Assembly (NCBI GenBank): GCA_041389425.1 | Contig: JAWKRX010000021.1 | Coordinates: 16,075-80,074, forward strand | Source of the DNA: Myxococcota bacterium | Lineage (GTDB): Bacteria > Myxococcota_A > UBA9160 > UBA4427 | Reading direction: 5' to 3' | DNA: 64,000 bases | Part shown: piece by piece, positions 43,124 to 52,581 of the stretch | How positions within the stretch are numbered: position 1 is the stretch's first letter | Layout: every line of letters begins with the position of its first letter | Notes under the pieces: model-generated | Databases searched by the model: none | The model's input: the letters and a program-made list of their open reading frames with translations, nothing else | What the model was told of the DNA's origin: nothing | Translations under genes and position numbers: made by a program

Positions 43124-44080
43124 TCACCGCTTGCTTCTCCGATCCGTTTCCACCGGCCGCAGATCCTCGGAAAAATCGCGCAGGGCCCTGTCCTGGAGCT
43201 GACTCGCCAGCTCGCGGAAGAGCGCCCTGCCCGGCGACGTCGAACGCCAGGCCATCGCGTGCGTCCGTTCGAGCACTTCGCCGTGCACGCTCGCGATCCG
43301 GAGCTCGCGCGGGCGATGGATTTCGCTCCGGATGTAGAGCGCCGGAAGGAACGCGATGCCCATGCCCATCACGATCATCTGCCGCAGGCTGTCGAGGCTC
43401 GTTCCTTCGTAGTCGCGCCGCATGTGGGCGCCGAGGCGTTCGCAGAGCTCGGCGATCTGGCGATGGAAATGATGATGCACCTCGATCGTCAGCACCGATT
43501 CGCCGACGAGATCCTTCCGGTCGATACGTTCGAGCGTCGCCAGGCGGTGGTCGGCGGGAACCACGAGCTTGAGGGTTTCCCGAAAGAGCGGGACGACGGT
43601 GAGCCGCGGCTCTTCGACGGGAAGCGCCGTCAGGATCACGTCGAAATCGCCGCTCGCGAGCCCGGCCTCGAGGGCGCGCGGGGGGCCTTCGCGCACGTAG
43701 AGGCGGAGCGCCGCATAACGCTCGTGGATCGCGGGCAGGACGTGGGGCAGGAAGTAGGGGCCGAGCGTCGGGGTGACGCCGAGGCGATAGGTACCGGAAG
43801 GCCCGCGCGACGCGGATTCCGCCTGATCGACGAGCCCGCGGAGCTCTTCGAGCACCCGGCGCGCGCCCGGCAGCAGCTCCCGACCGATCGGCGTCAGGAC
43901 CGTCCCGGCCCGGGATCGCTCGAAGAGCTGGACGCCGATCAGGGATTCGAGGGCCGCGATCTGGTTCGTCAGCGTCGGCTGGCTCGCGCGCAGCCGCTCG
44001 GCCGCGCGCCGGTAGCTCGAGAGATCGGCGACGGCGACGAAGCATTCGAGCTGGCGGATCGAGGGCGGGCTGCGGTCCAG
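43124..44080 (-). CDS. LysR-family transcriptional regulator (OxyR-like fold, no redox Cys), apparently initiated at CTG
   Basis: The effector domain is in track ORF 43124..43855. The HTH 'SIRQLECFVAVADLSSYRRAAERLRASQPTLTNQIAALESLIGVQLFER' continues in frame upstream. The only start-like codon before the in-frame TAA (44153-44155) is CTG at 44080, preceded by AAGGAG with a 7-nt spacer. Confidence 0.7.
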   Translation of the reverse strand: MDRSPPSIRQLECFVAVADLSSYRRAAERLRASQPTLTNQIAALESLIGVQLFERSRAGTVLTPIGRELLPGARRVLEELRGLVDQAESASRGPSGTYRLGVTPTLGPYFLPHVLPAIHERYAALRLYVREGPPRALEAGLASGDFDVILTALPVEEPRLTVVPLFRETLKLVVPADHRLATLERIDRKDLVGESVLTIEVHHHFHRQIAELCERLGAHMRRDYEGTSLDSLRQMIVMGMGIAFLPALYIRSEIHRPRELRIASVHGEVLERTHAMAWRSTSPGRALFRELASQLQDRALRDFSEDLRPVETDRRSKR

Positions 44081-44166
44081 GGCGGGGCTCCTTGGGAACG
44101 GGAGGCGGGGCGGCCGGGCGCGAGGTGCCTCGACGCCGGGATGCTGATTTGGTTACCGTATCAACT

Positions 44167-44183
44167 TTCGATTCTCTGTCGAA
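44167..44183. promoter_or_regulatory. Candidate LysR-type palindromic box in the divergent LysR/CoA-transferase region
   Basis: 'ttcgattctctgtcgaa' is TTCGA-N7-TCGAA dyad symmetry. It lies in the only AT-rich patch (about 44140-44200) of the 195-bp divergent intergenic region. Confidence 0.3.
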
Positions 44184-44275
44184 TTGTCGAATCAGTCGAC
44201 CCGACTAGGATCCCGCCCGCCGCCCCGCCCCGCCCGGCTGCGCGAACGGGCGTCCTCGAATCGGCCAGGAAGAAC

Positions 44276-45511
44276 ATGACCACTCCGACCAGGCTCCTCT
44301 CCGGCGTTCGCATCATCGAATCGAGCCTCCTGATTCCCGGCCTCGTCACGACCTTCCTCTCCGACCTCGGCGCCGACGTCATCAAGGTCGAGCCGCCCTC
44401 CGGCGACTACATCCGCCAGATGACCTGGCCCATCGTGAAGGGCGTCTCGCTGCTGCACCTGCACATCCATCGCGGCAAGCGCAGCGTGGGCATCGACCTG
44501 AAATCGCCCGAAGGCATCGCGCTCTACAAGGAGCTCGTGGCCACGGCCGACGTCGTCGTCGAAGCGATGCGGCCGGGCTCGCTCGCGAAGCTCGGCCTCG
44601 GTCGTGCGGACCTCGCGAAGATCAATCCGAAGCTCGTCTTCTGCACGATCTCGGGCTTCGGCGCGACCGGGCCCTATCGGGACCTGCCGAGCCACGGCAT
44701 CGCCTTCGATACCTGGTCGGGCATCGTGCAGCCGATGGAAGACGACCAGGGCTTCAAGCGGATCCCGCCGATGTTGCCCAACGTCGGCATCAACGTCGGG
44801 CCGATGGTGGGGGCGATGGCGGTGCTCGCCGGCGTCATCCGGGCGCGCGAGACCGGCGAAGGCTGCGAGGTCGAGCTCGCGCAGACCGACGCCTCGGCCT
44901 ACATGGACTGGTACCGGATCGAGACCGAGCGGGCGTATCTGCGCCCCGAGACCGAAGTGACGGGCAACCCGTCGGACGACTACGAGCGCCGGCCGCCGGG
45001 GCTCGGCGGCATGTGGGGCGGCGTCCGCTACCAGATCTACGAGGCGAAGGACGGCCACATCCTCTTCATGGCGAGCGAGCAGGCGTTCTGGAAGAACTTC
45101 TGCGAGGGCATCGGGCGCCAGGATCTGTTCGAGAAATGGCCGGGCTCGAAGTACGCGGACCACGCGCGCAACAACCTCGAGCTGCAGGCGATCCTGCGCG
45201 ACATCTTCAAGACGCGCACGGTGGCCGACTGGATCGCGTTCGCGAACGAGAAGAACACGACGATCGCGCCCTGCAATACCCAGGCTTCGCTCGCGGAGGA
45301 TCCGCAGTTCAAGGTGCGGATGGGTTTCTATCCGACGGAGCAGCTCGGCTGCGAGCAGCTGCCGCTGCCGGTGTTCGTGAACGGCGAGCGGCCGCCGTGC
45401 CCGACGATGGCGCCCGAGGTCGGGCAGCATACGGACGAGGTGCTCTCGCGCTTGCTCGGCAAGAGCGCCGCCGAGATCGAGAAGCTGCGCGCCTCAGGAA
45501 CGATCGCCTGA
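44276..45511 (+). CDS. Family III (CaiB/BaiF-type) CoA-transferase
   Basis: Start ATG 44276 (MTTPTRLLSGVRIIESSLLIPGLVTTFLSDLGADVIKVEPPSGD). Also carries 'SGFGATGPY'. Only the last 411 aa of track ORF 42461..45511 are protein-like. Confidence 0.9.
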   Translation: MTTPTRLLSGVRIIESSLLIPGLVTTFLSDLGADVIKVEPPSGDYIRQMTWPIVKGVSLLHLHIHRGKRSVGIDLKSPEGIALYKELVATADVVVEAMRPGSLAKLGLGRADLAKINPKLVFCTISGFGATGPYRDLPSHGIAFDTWSGIVQPMEDDQGFKRIPPMLPNVGINVGPMVGAMAVLAGVIRARETGEGCEVELAQTDASAYMDWYRIETERAYLRPETEVTGNPSDDYERRPPGLGGMWGGVRYQIYEAKDGHILFMASEQAFWKNFCEGIGRQDLFEKWPGSKYADHARNNLELQAILRDIFKTRTVADWIAFANEKNTTIAPCNTQASLAEDPQFKVRMGFYPTEQLGCEQLPLPVFVNGERPPCPTMAPEVGQHTDEVLSRLLGKSAAEIEKLRASGTIA

Positions 45512-47092
45512 CGGCCCGATCGGGGGGCTGGAATCCGCGATCGCGGCGGCATAACGCGCGAGCGCCCGGAAATAGGCCGCCTGCGCGAAGAGCAGCGCCC
45601 GGGCCGCATCCGCCGTCTGGATCTCGCGAATGTTGACGTCGATCAGATTGCTCGATCCGAGCTCGAACTTCCGCTCCTCGCCGAGCTGCAGCCGGGCGGC
45701 GAGCTCGTAGTTCTTCCGGGCGAGCCGGGTCTGGTCGAAGGCCGCCTCGAGCGCGGCCATCGATCGGCGGATCTCCGCCTCGACGGCATCGCGCGCATAA
45801 CGCGTCTCCTGCTCGAGCCGGATCAGCTCGGCGCGGTTGCTGGCCAGCCGACCGCGCGCGCCGCGCTGGAGTGCGGGCACCTCGAAGCGCATCGTCGCCT
45901 TGAGCTCGGTGTCGTCCTTCGGATTGTCCGAGAGGCTGCCGCTCGAATCGATCCCCGCCGAGCTCTTGCCGAGATCGCGGGAGCCCTCGACGCCGACGCG
46001 CAGGTCGGGGAGCAGGGCGTTGCGGCTGAGCGCCAGCGTCGCGAGCAGGCCGTCCCGGCGCAGCGTCAGCTCGCGCAGGATCGGATGGCGCTCGGAGGCC
46101 GCGGCGATGTCGACGGCGAGCCGATCCGCGCCCACGATCGACTCCTCGGGAAAGTCGCGCGGCAGCCGGGCCCGATCCGGGATCTGCATCTCTCCGCGCG
46201 CATCCCGGAAATAGAGCGCGAGGGTCACGGCCGCCTCGAGCGCATCCCGCTGCGCCCCGCGCAGTCGGATCTCCCGGTCGACGATCAGACGCTCGTTGTC
46301 GACCACCTGGATCGCCGGAATCGCGCCGCGCCGGGTTCGCCCCTCCAGCTGCGCGCGCCGGGCCTGGGCGGCCTGCAGCAGATGCCGCTCGACGTCGACG
46401 TTGAGGCCCATCGCGACCCAGTTCCAATAGGCTTCGCTCGCCTGGCGCACGATCTCGAGACGACGGATCTCCACGCGCGGATCGGCACTTCGGCGCTTGA
46501 TCTCGCTCGCCCGGAGATTCGTCCGGGCCGCGTCGATCGCGCCGTCCTTCAAGAGCGGGATCTCGATGCCGGCCCGCAGCTCGCCGTCCTCGTTGGTCTT
46601 GACGCCGCCGAGATAGGAGGGGAAGTCGCCGCGCCCGATGCGGTAGCCGGCGTACAACCGGCTTCCCCAGAGACGCGTCGGCTGCTCGATGCCCAGGTCC
46701 GCCGTGTAGCGATCGTAGTATCCGGTGGGTGCGGCTTCGCCGCGCGCGAAGAGGCGCGTATCGAAGCCGCCCCGGGCTGCGAGCAGGTCCCCCTCCGCGA
46801 TCTCGAGCTCCTGCCGAACGGCGATCAGCAGGGGGAACGCCTCGTCCACGGAAGCGAGGACCTCGTCGAGGCCCAGCGCAGGCCGGCGTTCGTCCACCAC
46901 GAGGTCGTCGCCGTAGGCGGGCGGGGGCGGCAGATCGCCGGAGACGACGAGCTCGTCCTCCGTCAACCCGGACGGGCTCTCGCCCCCCGTTTCAGCCTGA
47001 GGCTCCGCGAGCCCGGGCCCCCCGAAGCAGGCGAGGAGCAGGCCGATTCCGAACCCTCGAAATCGATGCGTTCGCCCGGGCATCGCCGTCAT
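45494..47092 (-). CDS. TolC-family outer-membrane efflux protein
   Basis: Start ATG at 47092 (MTAMPGRTHRFRGFGIGLLLACFGGPGLA). It has two repeated helical/beta halves ('LDEVLASVDEAFPLLIAVRQELEIAEGDLLAARG', 'YFRALARYAAAI'). The start overlaps the HlyD stop (ATGA). Confidence 0.85.
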   Translation of the reverse strand: MTAMPGRTHRFRGFGIGLLLACFGGPGLAEPQAETGGESPSGLTEDELVVSGDLPPPPAYGDDLVVDERRPALGLDEVLASVDEAFPLLIAVRQELEIAEGDLLAARGGFDTRLFARGEAAPTGYYDRYTADLGIEQPTRLWGSRLYAGYRIGRGDFPSYLGGVKTNEDGELRAGIEIPLLKDGAIDAARTNLRASEIKRRSADPRVEIRRLEIVRQASEAYWNWVAMGLNVDVERHLLQAAQARRAQLEGRTRRGAIPAIQVVDNERLIVDREIRLRGAQRDALEAAVTLALYFRDARGEMQIPDRARLPRDFPEESIVGADRLAVDIAAASERHPILRELTLRRDGLLATLALSRNALLPDLRVGVEGSRDLGKSSAGIDSSGSLSDNPKDDTELKATMRFEVPALQRGARGRLASNRAELIRLEQETRYARDAVEAEIRRSMAALEAAFDQTRLARKNYELAARLQLGEERKFELGSSNLIDVNIREIQTADAARALLFAQAAYFRALARYAAAIADSSPPIGPSGDRS

Positions 47093-48453
47093 TTCTTCGA
47101 GCCCGACTCTTCGCCGCTCACGGCGGCTTCGCTCGTTCCGCCCTTCGTCCCGGGCATCGTCTCCGTCGGAGCCATCGCGACGGTCGGCGGGAAGCCGTTC
47201 GCCTGGCGCCAGAGCTCGTACCCGAGCGAAACCTGGTCGAGCAGCACGAAGCCGTTCGCACGGGCGCCCTGCCGAAGATATTGCGGGCTCGGCCAGGGCT
47301 CGTCGTCCGGATCGGGGACCACGAGGATCCGGAACCGCCCGAGACCGTCTCCGCTCGAATCGACGACGGCCACCTTCCCACCGAACGTGCCGACCGCGAC
47401 CGAAGGCCAGCCGCCGAACTGCACACCCGGCCAGCCCTCGAACTGCAGACGCACGCTCCGGCCTTCGCGCATCAGCGGCACGTCGTTTCCGTCGACCCAG
47501 AGCTCCACCGCCTGGGACTGGGCATCCGGCAGCAGCGCGACCAGCGGGTCGCCGGCCTTCACGAGCTCCGCGCCCGGGCTCGCAAAGAGACGGAAGACGG
47601 TACCCGAGCGGGGCGCCGTGATGTGCTGCGCGTTCTGCTGCGCGATGCGGACGGAGAGGTTCGCGAGCTCCTGCTCCTTGCCCGCCGCTTCGGATTCGGC
47701 GCCCTGCTCCTCGGCGCGCGCGGATTCGATGCGCGCCTGCGCTTCGGTCTGGACGCGACCGAGCTCCGCCTTGCGCGCCTTCTCCTCTTCGAGACTCGCC
47801 TCGAGGGCCTGTCGATCCTGCGAGAGCTCGGCCTTCGCCTGCTTGTAGATGCGGTCCGCGACCTCGAACTCGAGGGCCGCGGCGAGCCCCTCGTCGACGA
47901 GCTGCTTCTGGCGCTCGTAGTTGAGTGCGGCCTGGGCGACCGCGGCTTCGGCGGCCTCGACACCGTGCTGCGCCGATCGAACCCGGGCTCCGGCCACCTC
48001 GACGAGGTTGCGAGCCGCCTGCATCGACAGCTCCTGGGCGCGGGTCAGAGCCTCGACCTGCATCTGGTAGACCCGGACCTTCTCGCGCGACGCGGAGAGC
48101 TGACTCTCGAGGGCCGCTCGCTGCTGGTCGAGTCGCTGGACGATCTCCGGATCGAGATCGACGATGTCGAGCAGCCGGTCGCCTTCCTGGACGCGCGTGC
48201 CCTCGATCACCCAGGCCTTCTGGACCCGCCCCGAGACGGGCGAGGCGACGGTCTGGATCCGATCGAAGGGATCGAGCGCCGAGACCCGCCCCGCCGCAGG
48301 CACGTTCTGCTGCCACGGCACGACGACGAGTGCGAGCAGCGTCGCGCCCATCGCGCCGTACAGGATGCGGTAGAAGATCCGCAGGGCGTCCGGCCCCTGG
48401 ACGAGCAGGAGGGAGGAGACCACGCGCGGCGATTGCCGGCCGTGCCCGCTCAT
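47089..48453 (-). CDS. HlyD-family membrane fusion protein
   Basis: Start ATG at 48453 (MSGHGRQSPRVV...). It has a single TM, a lipoyl hairpin 'SPVSGRVQKAWVIEGTRVQEGDRLLDI', a long coiled coil, and 'ITAPRSGTVFRL'. Confidence 0.9.
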   Translation of the reverse strand: MSGHGRQSPRVVSSLLLVQGPDALRIFYRILYGAMGATLLALVVVPWQQNVPAAGRVSALDPFDRIQTVASPVSGRVQKAWVIEGTRVQEGDRLLDIVDLDPEIVQRLDQQRAALESQLSASREKVRVYQMQVEALTRAQELSMQAARNLVEVAGARVRSAQHGVEAAEAAVAQAALNYERQKQLVDEGLAAALEFEVADRIYKQAKAELSQDRQALEASLEEEKARKAELGRVQTEAQARIESARAEEQGAESEAAGKEQELANLSVRIAQQNAQHITAPRSGTVFRLFASPGAELVKAGDPLVALLPDAQSQAVELWVDGNDVPLMREGRSVRLQFEGWPGVQFGGWPSVAVGTFGGKVAVVDSSGDGLGRFRILVVPDPDDEPWPSPQYLRQGARANGFVLLDQVSLGYELWRQANGFPPTVAMAPTETMPGTKGGTSEAAVSGEESGSKK

Positions 48454-50669
48454 CGGGAGCCTCCGGAATCGGCGCGGCCGTGCGGCTCGCTCGGGGGCCT
48501 GTTTCGGCCGAGGTCGATGCAGCGGGAGCAGCGGGCGAGGACGTCTTCGCGGTCGGAGACGACGATCACGGTCCACGGCGCTTCCGGCGCGAAGAGGATG
48601 TCGCCGATCCGCGCGCGCGCCGCCTGGTCGAAATCCTCGAGCACGCGATCGACGAGCAGGACGCGCGGCCGGCGCAGGATCGCGCGCGCGATCATCAGGC
48701 GGGTCAGCTGGACCTGGGAGAGCGGGCGCCCGTCCGTCGAGAGCTCGGTGTCGAGCCCCTCCGGCATCTGCCTCAGCTCTTCGAGCAGGCCGACCGCGTC
48801 GAGCACTCGCATCATCTCGGCGTCGTCGAAGCCGGTCCCGCCTACGCGGACGTTGTCGCGAACGGTCCCGGCGAAGGTCTCGCGCCCCCGCACGAGGGCG
48901 ACGACGTCACGGATCGACTCGATCGAGAGCTCGCGATAGTCGCGGCCGTCGATCGCGACGTAGCCCGCCGAGGGCTCGCGCAGGCCGAACACGAGATCGA
49001 GCAGCGAGCTCTTCCCGCTGCCCGTCGGACCCGTGATCGCGACGCGGGCGCCGGCCTCGATGCGCAGATCGAGCCCGCCGAAGACCGGATCGCCGCCGTA
49101 GCCGAAATGGACGCCGACGAGATCGATCCCCGCCGCGCCCGCCGGCCGGACGAGCTCGTCGCCGTCGTCGCGCTCGAGCGGCAGATCGAATAGCAACGAG
49201 AGCTTGTCCGTCGCGGCGAGCAGGTCGTAGAAGCGTTCGAGCTGCTTGCCGAGCTTCGCGACGGTCGAGACGATCGCGGTGATGATGAGCTCCGAGGCGA
49301 CGAGCTGCCCGAGCGTCAGCTGCCCCTGAACCACGAGCATTCCGCCCAGCGCCAGCAGCGCGGCGCTCGCCGCCACCTGGAGCGCGAGGGTGCCCGCGTG
49401 CTGACGCAGGACGATCCGGAAATGCGCCCGCCGCGCACCGACCCAGCTCGTCGCCAACGTGTCCACGTGACCGAGCGCGAAGCTGCGCTGATCGGCGTCC
49501 CGGAACGTCGAGGGATGCCGCGCGAGCTCTTCGAGCCAGCCGAAGACGTCGTATTTCGCCTTCGATTCGGCGATCGCCGTCGGCACCGCGCGCCGCCCGA
49601 GCACTGCGACGACGAGCACGATGCCCACGATCAGGAGCGCGCTGAAGGCCAGCATCAAGGGGTGGTAGAACGAGAGGATCAGGAGACCGACGGCGATCTG
49701 CAGCGCGGCCGCCGAACCCTCGAGCAGGAGCGACGAGAGCGATTTCTGGACCGTCACCACTTCGAAGATCCGGTTCACGAGCTCCGGCCCGTGCTGGCGA
49801 TCGAATGCCCGGTGCAGCACGCGCGGGATCCGCTCCGCGACGTCGCTGACGACACGGACGAACAGCCGCTGCTGGATCAGCTCGATCACGAAGGTCTGGA
49901 CCAGCGACATCGCGGCGGAGAATCCGAGCACCGCGAGCAGGAGCAGCGCGAGCACGACGACGGGCTGGATCAGGCCGCCGAAGGCGATCGAATTCACGAG
50001 CTGCTGGACGGCGATGGGCGTCGCGAGGCTGAGGCCGCCGATCGCTGCCGCGAACGCGACGATCGCCCAGAGGTCGGATCGCTCGGGTCGGATCAGGCTC
50101 GCGAGGCGCGCCGCGGGCGACATCTCGGCGGAATCGTGTCCGCCATGATCCGATCCGCCCGCATGGGATCCGGCCCCGATCCGTGCGCCCGACGCGGGAT
50201 GCCGGCATTCGACGACGAGCCAGCTGATGGGCACGTCCGGATCGACGCCGCCGAGGAATCCGACGAGGTCCGCGAACGAGAGGATCCGGCTCTTTCCGGA
50301 CTCGAGGGATGCCCGGACCTCGCGCCGCGAAGACCGGTCGAGCGCGAAGAGCTCGGGCCGCTGGCCCGTTGGATCCGGCCGGATCGACACGAACGCGCAG
50401 CCCCGGCTCGCCGCGCCAAACGCCTCCCGCACCGACCAGAGAACCCGCCGGGACCGGAGCCCGAGCGGACGACACTGCCCCTCGAGCGTCTGCTGCCAGG
50501 TCGACTCGATCACCCGGTGCTCGTCGACGGCCGAGACCGCGGCGGGATCGACGTGCGTTCCGGTCCTTTCCGCGAGGCAGAGCAGGAAGGAAAGCGGAGC
50601 GACCACCCGATCCGAGGGATCGATCGGCATGGCGCTGCTGAGGGTCGGCGAATCCGGAGCGGACGACAT
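48450..50669 (-). CDS. Type I secretion ABC transporter (N-terminal extension, 6-TM domain, degenerate NBD)
   Basis: Walker A 'GPTGSGKSS' is intact. The signature reads 'LSQVQ', Walker B reads 'VLLVDR' and the H-loop position reads 'IVVSDRED'. The start is uncertain: ATG 50669 is chosen, and TTG 50765 or ATG 50630 are possible. Confidence 0.8.
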   Translation of the reverse strand: MSSAPDSPTLSSAMPIDPSDRVVAPLSFLLCLAERTGTHVDPAAVSAVDEHRVIESTWQQTLEGQCRPLGLRSRRVLWSVREAFGAASRGCAFVSIRPDPTGQRPELFALDRSSRREVRASLESGKSRILSFADLVGFLGGVDPDVPISWLVVECRHPASGARIGAGSHAGGSDHGGHDSAEMSPAARLASLIRPERSDLWAIVAFAAAIGGLSLATPIAVQQLVNSIAFGGLIQPVVVLALLLLAVLGFSAAMSLVQTFVIELIQQRLFVRVVSDVAERIPRVLHRAFDRQHGPELVNRIFEVVTVQKSLSSLLLEGSAAALQIAVGLLILSFYHPLMLAFSALLIVGIVLVVAVLGRRAVPTAIAESKAKYDVFGWLEELARHPSTFRDADQRSFALGHVDTLATSWVGARRAHFRIVLRQHAGTLALQVAASAALLALGGMLVVQGQLTLGQLVASELIITAIVSTVAKLGKQLERFYDLLAATDKLSLLFDLPLERDDGDELVRPAGAAGIDLVGVHFGYGGDPVFGGLDLRIEAGARVAITGPTGSGKSSLLDLVFGLREPSAGYVAIDGRDYRELSIESIRDVVALVRGRETFAGTVRDNVRVGGTGFDDAEMMRVLDAVGLLEELRQMPEGLDTELSTDGRPLSQVQLTRLMIARAILRRPRVLLVDRVLEDFDQAARARIGDILFAPEAPWTVIVVSDREDVLARCSRCIDLGRNRPPSEPHGRADSGGSR

Positions 50670-50828
50670 CCGCGGCAGACAATAACCTGCCCGCCGAGCG
50701 GTGCATGCGCCCCGTCGACACGGCGGCGGGGCGAATCGCGAGTGGGGGGCGACCGATCCGATCAAGCTTCAGCCGGGGCCATCCGATCCGGACGCGGAGG
50801 GGGTGTGAACCCACCTGCGGAGGGGCCC

Positions 50829-51761
50829 ATGAACCGAATCCTCGTCTTCACGCCGCCGGAAGATCATCGCCACCGGGCCGTCGGACTCGCCGCGGCCCTC
50901 GCGAGGCGCACCGGTGCGTCGCTGATGCTCGTGCGCGTGCTCGAGGAGAATGCGAGCTGGTCGCGCGGGCCGGGCGGGAACGAATCGGAACACAAGCTCC
51001 GAACCCTGCTCGTCGACCGCGAGACCCGCGCGCTCGAGGCCATCGCAGCACCCCTTCGATCCGATGCGAATGCCCCGCTCGAGGTCGAGATCGAGGTGCG
51101 CTGGGGCGTACCCTGGGACGTCGTGATCGAGCTCGTCGATCAGCGCCGCTGCGACCTCGTCGTGAAGCCGGCACGGGGATTGAGCCATTCCGGTCGTGTC
51201 TTCTTCGGCGCCACGGCACTCCATCTCTTCCGGCGCTGCCCGTGCCCGGTCTGGGTGGTCGGGGACGACGGCAACCTCCCGCAGAAGGTCCTCATCTCGA
51301 TCGACCCCTCCGAGGACCAGACCCGGCGCGACATGGCGTCCAAGCTGCTCGAATGGGGCGACGCCGTGCGGGCCGCTTCGGGTGCGGAGGTGGAGATCGC
51401 TTCGGCCTGGCAAGCCCCCGGCGCAGACGTCTTGAAGGAAGTCTTCGAAGGCGCGGAGCTGGATGCCTTCGTGAAGGACGCGTTCGAGCGGGCGGAAAAG
51501 GGGCTCGGGACGATCATCCGGGAGAGCCGGTCGGGCCCCGCCGTCCTGCGATGCCATCTGCTCGAGGGATCGGCCCGCGAGCTGATCCCCGATTTCGCCG
51601 AGGATCGGGGCTTCGATCTGGTCGTCGTCGGAACGCTGGGCCGCACCGGCGTCGCCGCCGAGATCCTGGGCGAGACGGCCGAGCTGATCCTCCGCGGCGT
51701 CCGGTGCTCCGTCCTGACCGTCTCTCCGAATCACCGCTCGCCTCGCGAACGCGGCGACTGA
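50829..51761 (+). CDS. Tandem universal stress protein (UspE-like)
   Basis: Start ATG 50829 (MNRILVFTPPEDH...). Two Usp halves are visible ('DLVVKPARG', 'VLISIDPS', 'DLVVVGTLGRTGVAAEILGETAE'). Confidence 0.9.
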   Translation: MNRILVFTPPEDHRHRAVGLAAALARRTGASLMLVRVLEENASWSRGPGGNESEHKLRTLLVDRETRALEAIAAPLRSDANAPLEVEIEVRWGVPWDVVIELVDQRRCDLVVKPARGLSHSGRVFFGATALHLFRRCPCPVWVVGDDGNLPQKVLISIDPSEDQTRRDMASKLLEWGDAVRAASGAEVEIASAWQAPGADVLKEVFEGAELDAFVKDAFERAEKGLGTIIRESRSGPAVLRCHLLEGSARELIPDFAEDRGFDLVVVGTLGRTGVAAEILGETAELILRGVRCSVLTVSPNHRSPRERGD

Positions 51762-51788
51762 TCCCGGCGAGGGGGAGCTGCGCGGCGA

Positions 51789-52523
51789 CTACTCCTTCAC
51801 GGGCTCCTTCACCGGCCTCGATCCGAGCTTCGTCCTCGGATCCCGCGGCGTCGTCTCCTCCCAGAGGCGCTCGTAGGTGCTGAACATGATCCGCCACCGC
51901 CCGTCGAGCTTCGCGTAGGACTCGTCGTAGAGGGCGCTGCCCTGGAGCGTCGTGTCGTCCTCGAGGTTCACGAACACGTCGTGCAGGTACCACTTCCCGC
52001 GCGCGGTCTCGCCGTCGACTTCGATCTCGGGCGTGTGGGCGTGGTGCATCCCGAACTTCGCCGTCGTGAAGGCGCCCTGGTAGAACTGCTCGATCTGCGT
52101 CCAGCCGGCGGCGGTGATGTCGTAGTCGGCGCCCTTGAAGCGGATCTCGGCGCCCGGGGCGAAGACCTCGTCGCGCAGGCAGACGAGGTTCTTCGTGTCG
52201 ATGCAGCGCATGAAGCGCGCCTTCAGCCGCTCGATCTCGTGGATCGCCTCGAGACGCGCGACCTGCGCCCGGAGCTCCGCGATCGCCCGGCCCCCGTCCG
52301 CCGCGCACGATTCGCTCCCGGACGCTTCGCTGCAGCCGCGTGCGTCTCCCCGCGGACGCGAGCCGCCCGGGGCGGCGCAGCCGAGGGCGGCCACGAGGGA
52401 GAGCCCCACCGCTGCGGCGAACCGCAGGGGCGACCTGCGAACAGGCGATTCTCCAGGCCGCGCGGCAGCGGCGCCGGCGTGAAGATGTGTTCGTCGTGAC
52501 GAGAGCGGGGCGGGGCGGGCCAT
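51789..52523 (-). CDS. SnoaL/NTF2-like fold protein, probable lipoprotein
   Basis: The signal/lipobox-like segment is 'VGLSLVAALGC'. The C-terminal 150 aa read 'IHEIERLKARFMRCIDTKN...YQGAFTTAKFGMHHAHTPEIEVDGETARGKWY', as in SnoaL_4-type proteins. The start codon is uncertain. Confidence 0.6.
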   Translation of the reverse strand: MARPAPLSSRRTHLHAGAAAARPGESPVRRSPLRFAAAVGLSLVAALGCAAPGGSRPRGDARGCSEASGSESCAADGGRAIAELRAQVARLEAIHEIERLKARFMRCIDTKNLVCLRDEVFAPGAEIRFKGADYDITAAGWTQIEQFYQGAFTTAKFGMHHAHTPEIEVDGETARGKWYLHDVFVNLEDDTTLQGSALYDESYAKLDGRWRIMFSTYERLWEETTPRDPRTKLGSRPVKEPVKE

Positions 52524-52581
52524 GCGTTCCTCCTCCGAAGCGAGGCGCGCATCCTAACCAATCTGCGGATTCCGATGCCCC

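Noticed and set aside
43092-44045. 317-aa minus-strand ORF covering the LysR locus in another frame. It would avoid the need for a CTG start.
   Set aside because: The translation is Arg/Pro/Ala junk ('MLRRRRRSLELPARGRAAAREP...'). The LysR HTH and effector domain are continuous in the other frame.
39868-45511. 1234-aa (+) ORF antisense to the membrane ATPase gene, and the first ~600 aa of ORF 42461..45511.
   Set aside because: Both have junk composition. Only the last 411 aa of 42461..45511, from ATG 44276, are CoA-transferase-like. The minus-strand 1067-aa protein has a coherent signal peptide, TM region and P-loop architecture.
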